The notes under the pieces were generated by a model, which saw only the letters and a program-made list of their open reading frames with translations, was not told where the DNA came from and did not search any database. Shown one piece after another: positions 38,344-40,048 of a stretch of DNA of 40,048 bases; positions within the stretch are counted from its first letter, which is position 1, and every line of letters starts with the position of its first letter. The translations under genes and the position numbers were made by a program. Source of the stretch: Trichomonas gallinae (lineage: Eukaryota); NCBI GenBank assembly GCA_008369845.1, contig MRSU01003882.1:1-40048 (forward strand), in the 5' to 3' direction.

Positions 38344-39738
38344 TTATAACAATTCTGATATGATTTCATTTGCAGCTTCAAACAAAGCTGGCAACTCTTC
38401 TATTTCAGGACAGTCATTTTCTTGGATTTCGTTGATTTTTTCTTTAATATCATGAACGAAAGATTCGAATGGATCTTGTGTTTCTATATCCATCTGCGCG
38501 AGTTTTGATAAGAATGGAAGAATTTTGTCCTTAAATAGTCCATAAATGACAGATTGATCGAAATCGAGGGCCTCAACAAGTAAATCTTCGCAAGAGTGAA
38601 AATCGAAGAATGCCAAAGGTTCAGAAAAGGCCAATTGAATGTAGATATCCCATAAAATCGGTGCTGCTAGCTGTTTTATTGTTGCGTTTGCGACACGTAA
38701 CTGCTTTACGAAGTTTTTGAGATCAAGATTATAAATTATTTTCATAATGTTGCCTGGATTTATCATTATATTAACAAACTGCAATACTATTGGAATATAA
38801 TCAGCATCACGATCTAAATCCACTCTTATAATTCTCAAAAACTCTAATAATGGAAGTGAATCTAAATCAATTATTTGTTCTTCTAAGGCAACCTTCATCA
38901 TTTCTAGTATTTTCTTATAGGATACATTGAATCTTGAGTCACCCAACGAATGAATCATGAAATCCCAGATTGCTTGGTTCTCTATAATAGTTTTAATTCC
39001 GAATTTCTGGTAAATAATGTATTCTAGTGTGGCAAGTCTGTCTGCTAAGAGTTGATTAATTGGACAATCAATAACATGATAAATAACCTCAATTGTTAGC
39101 TCAATATCGATGTTTTCTTTAGGAAGAATATTTATCATTGCATTAAATAAGTCAAATGCAAGTTCAACTCTGTAGTTATATGCTGTATCTGGAATATATT
39201 CATTTACACCCTGTAGCATCTCGATAAACAAAGCAGGATATTCATCCAATATTTTTTTCTTTAGAATCACTTCCAAACCACTTGGATTCATGATACAGTT
39301 TTTAAAGAATCTGTATGCGCAGTTAAACAATGTCGAATCTTGCAAACGTAAACTTTCGTTAAAAAGAAATAAAGTTGGATCTATTTTGAAGTATTGTTCT
39401 AAAAACTCGTCGGATTTAGAAGAGAGAACAATGAATATTTCTAAAGCAGCCCTAAATCTTGGGTCATTTCGTGGTAATTGTACGATATATCTGAAATTTT
39501 CCAAAAACTCTGTTAATTCGAAGAATCTATCAGGAAAGACAGGTATATTTTCGCATAAAACTTCAATTCCTCGTATATAATTGATGATATTTTGAGCTGG
39601 AATTTTGAGAAAAATATTTAGTTGATGCACAAGCTCTCTAATGAGTTCTTCATGTGTCATATCATTAATTTTTTCGAATTCTACAACCTTAGACTCTTCT
39701 TTGTCGCGAGAAAGATCCATGGCCAAATTCGATTTCAT
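38344..39738 (-). CDS. Hypothetical alpha-helical (ARM/HEAT-like) protein
   Basis: 464-aa L/I/F/E-rich amphipathic ORF. TCATT initiator lies just upstream of the ATG. Confidence 0.8.
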   Translation of the reverse strand: MKSNLAMDLSRDKEESKVVEFEKINDMTHEELIRELVHQLNIFLKIPAQNIINYIRGIEVLCENIPVFPDRFFELTEFLENFRYIVQLPRNDPRFRAALEIFIVLSSKSDEFLEQYFKIDPTLFLFNESLRLQDSTLFNCAYRFFKNCIMNPSGLEVILKKKILDEYPALFIEMLQGVNEYIPDTAYNYRVELAFDLFNAMINILPKENIDIELTIEVIYHVIDCPINQLLADRLATLEYIIYQKFGIKTIIENQAIWDFMIHSLGDSRFNVSYKKILEMMKVALEEQIIDLDSLPLLEFLRIIRVDLDRDADYIPIVLQFVNIMINPGNIMKIIYNLDLKNFVKQLRVANATIKQLAAPILWDIYIQLAFSEPLAFFDFHSCEDLLVEALDFDQSVIYGLFKDKILPFLSKLAQMDIETQDPFESFVHDIKEKINEIQENDCPEIEELPALFEAANEIISELL

Positions 39739-39937
39739 TAAAATGACAAGTTTTACTATTTTCTGTCATAAAATTGTTCATTTTATCCCATAATATGTTA
39801 TCAAATCATTAAAAAATCAATTTTTTTATAATAATCAAATAACATTATTTCAAAATCTTGTTAAAATTCCAATGTAGATAGAATGATCACCATGTAAATA
39901 TTATTATTTGAGTAAATGAAAATATATAATAGCAAAT

Positions 39938-40048
39938 TTATTCGTCATCACCAGGAGCCTTTGCGGATTGGTATGTTGGGATCATATACTGAATGTTGAT
40001 GAAAGCTTCTGGGCCGCCATTGAGTTCAAGGACTTCAAGAGTTTCCTG
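39938..40048 (-). CDS. PACRG: 3' end of parkin co-regulated gene protein (axonemal); truncated by the window edge
   Basis: The reverse strand reads [36 protein letters not shown], matching the conserved PACRG C-terminus (QETLE..E..GG..AFINIKY..PTY.S). It is not in the ORF track. Confidence 0.9.
   Translation of the reverse strand, partial: QETLEVLELNGGPEAFINIQYMIPTYQSAKAPGDDE

Noticed and set aside
326..40048. Flagellar gene cluster (WDR92, CFAP58, PACRG)
   Set aside because: Flagellar genes are numerous in a flagellate and these are interspersed with unrelated genes, so chance is sufficient.

Overview
This is an AT-rich, gene-dense eukaryotic window whose genes are almost all intronless. 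It looks like a trichomonad (parabasalid) chromosome; this is inferred from TCAY-type initiators close to ATGs, TAAA poly(A) signals overlapping stop codons, DUF3447-type ankyrin genes and a giant coiled-coil gene. Recognisable genes: WDR92/DNAAF10, CFAP58-like, thioredoxin, RPL23 (uL14), a PDI-like protein, a bromodomain/ET-like protein, HYPK-like, a Trf4/TENT4-like nucleotidyltransferase, a CARMIL-like LRR protein and the 3' end of PACRG. The main observation is an ankyrin gene (8906-10705) that looks broken. It becomes one 525-aa reading frame if 15 tiny (14-17 nt) AT-rich, non-GT-AG elements of shared design (R|TTCA...TTT|AT, all in codon phase 1) are removed. The elements cluster in the linkers between ankyrin repeats and are separated by retained pieces as short as 6 nt. 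This suggests an undescribed micro-intron, RNA-deletion or ribosome-bypass system, though no transcript evidence is available here. Secondary observations: two otherwise intact genes with near-cognate codons where ATG is expected, a recurrent promoter motif TTTACRTGWCA, and AAAAGTGAC arrays.
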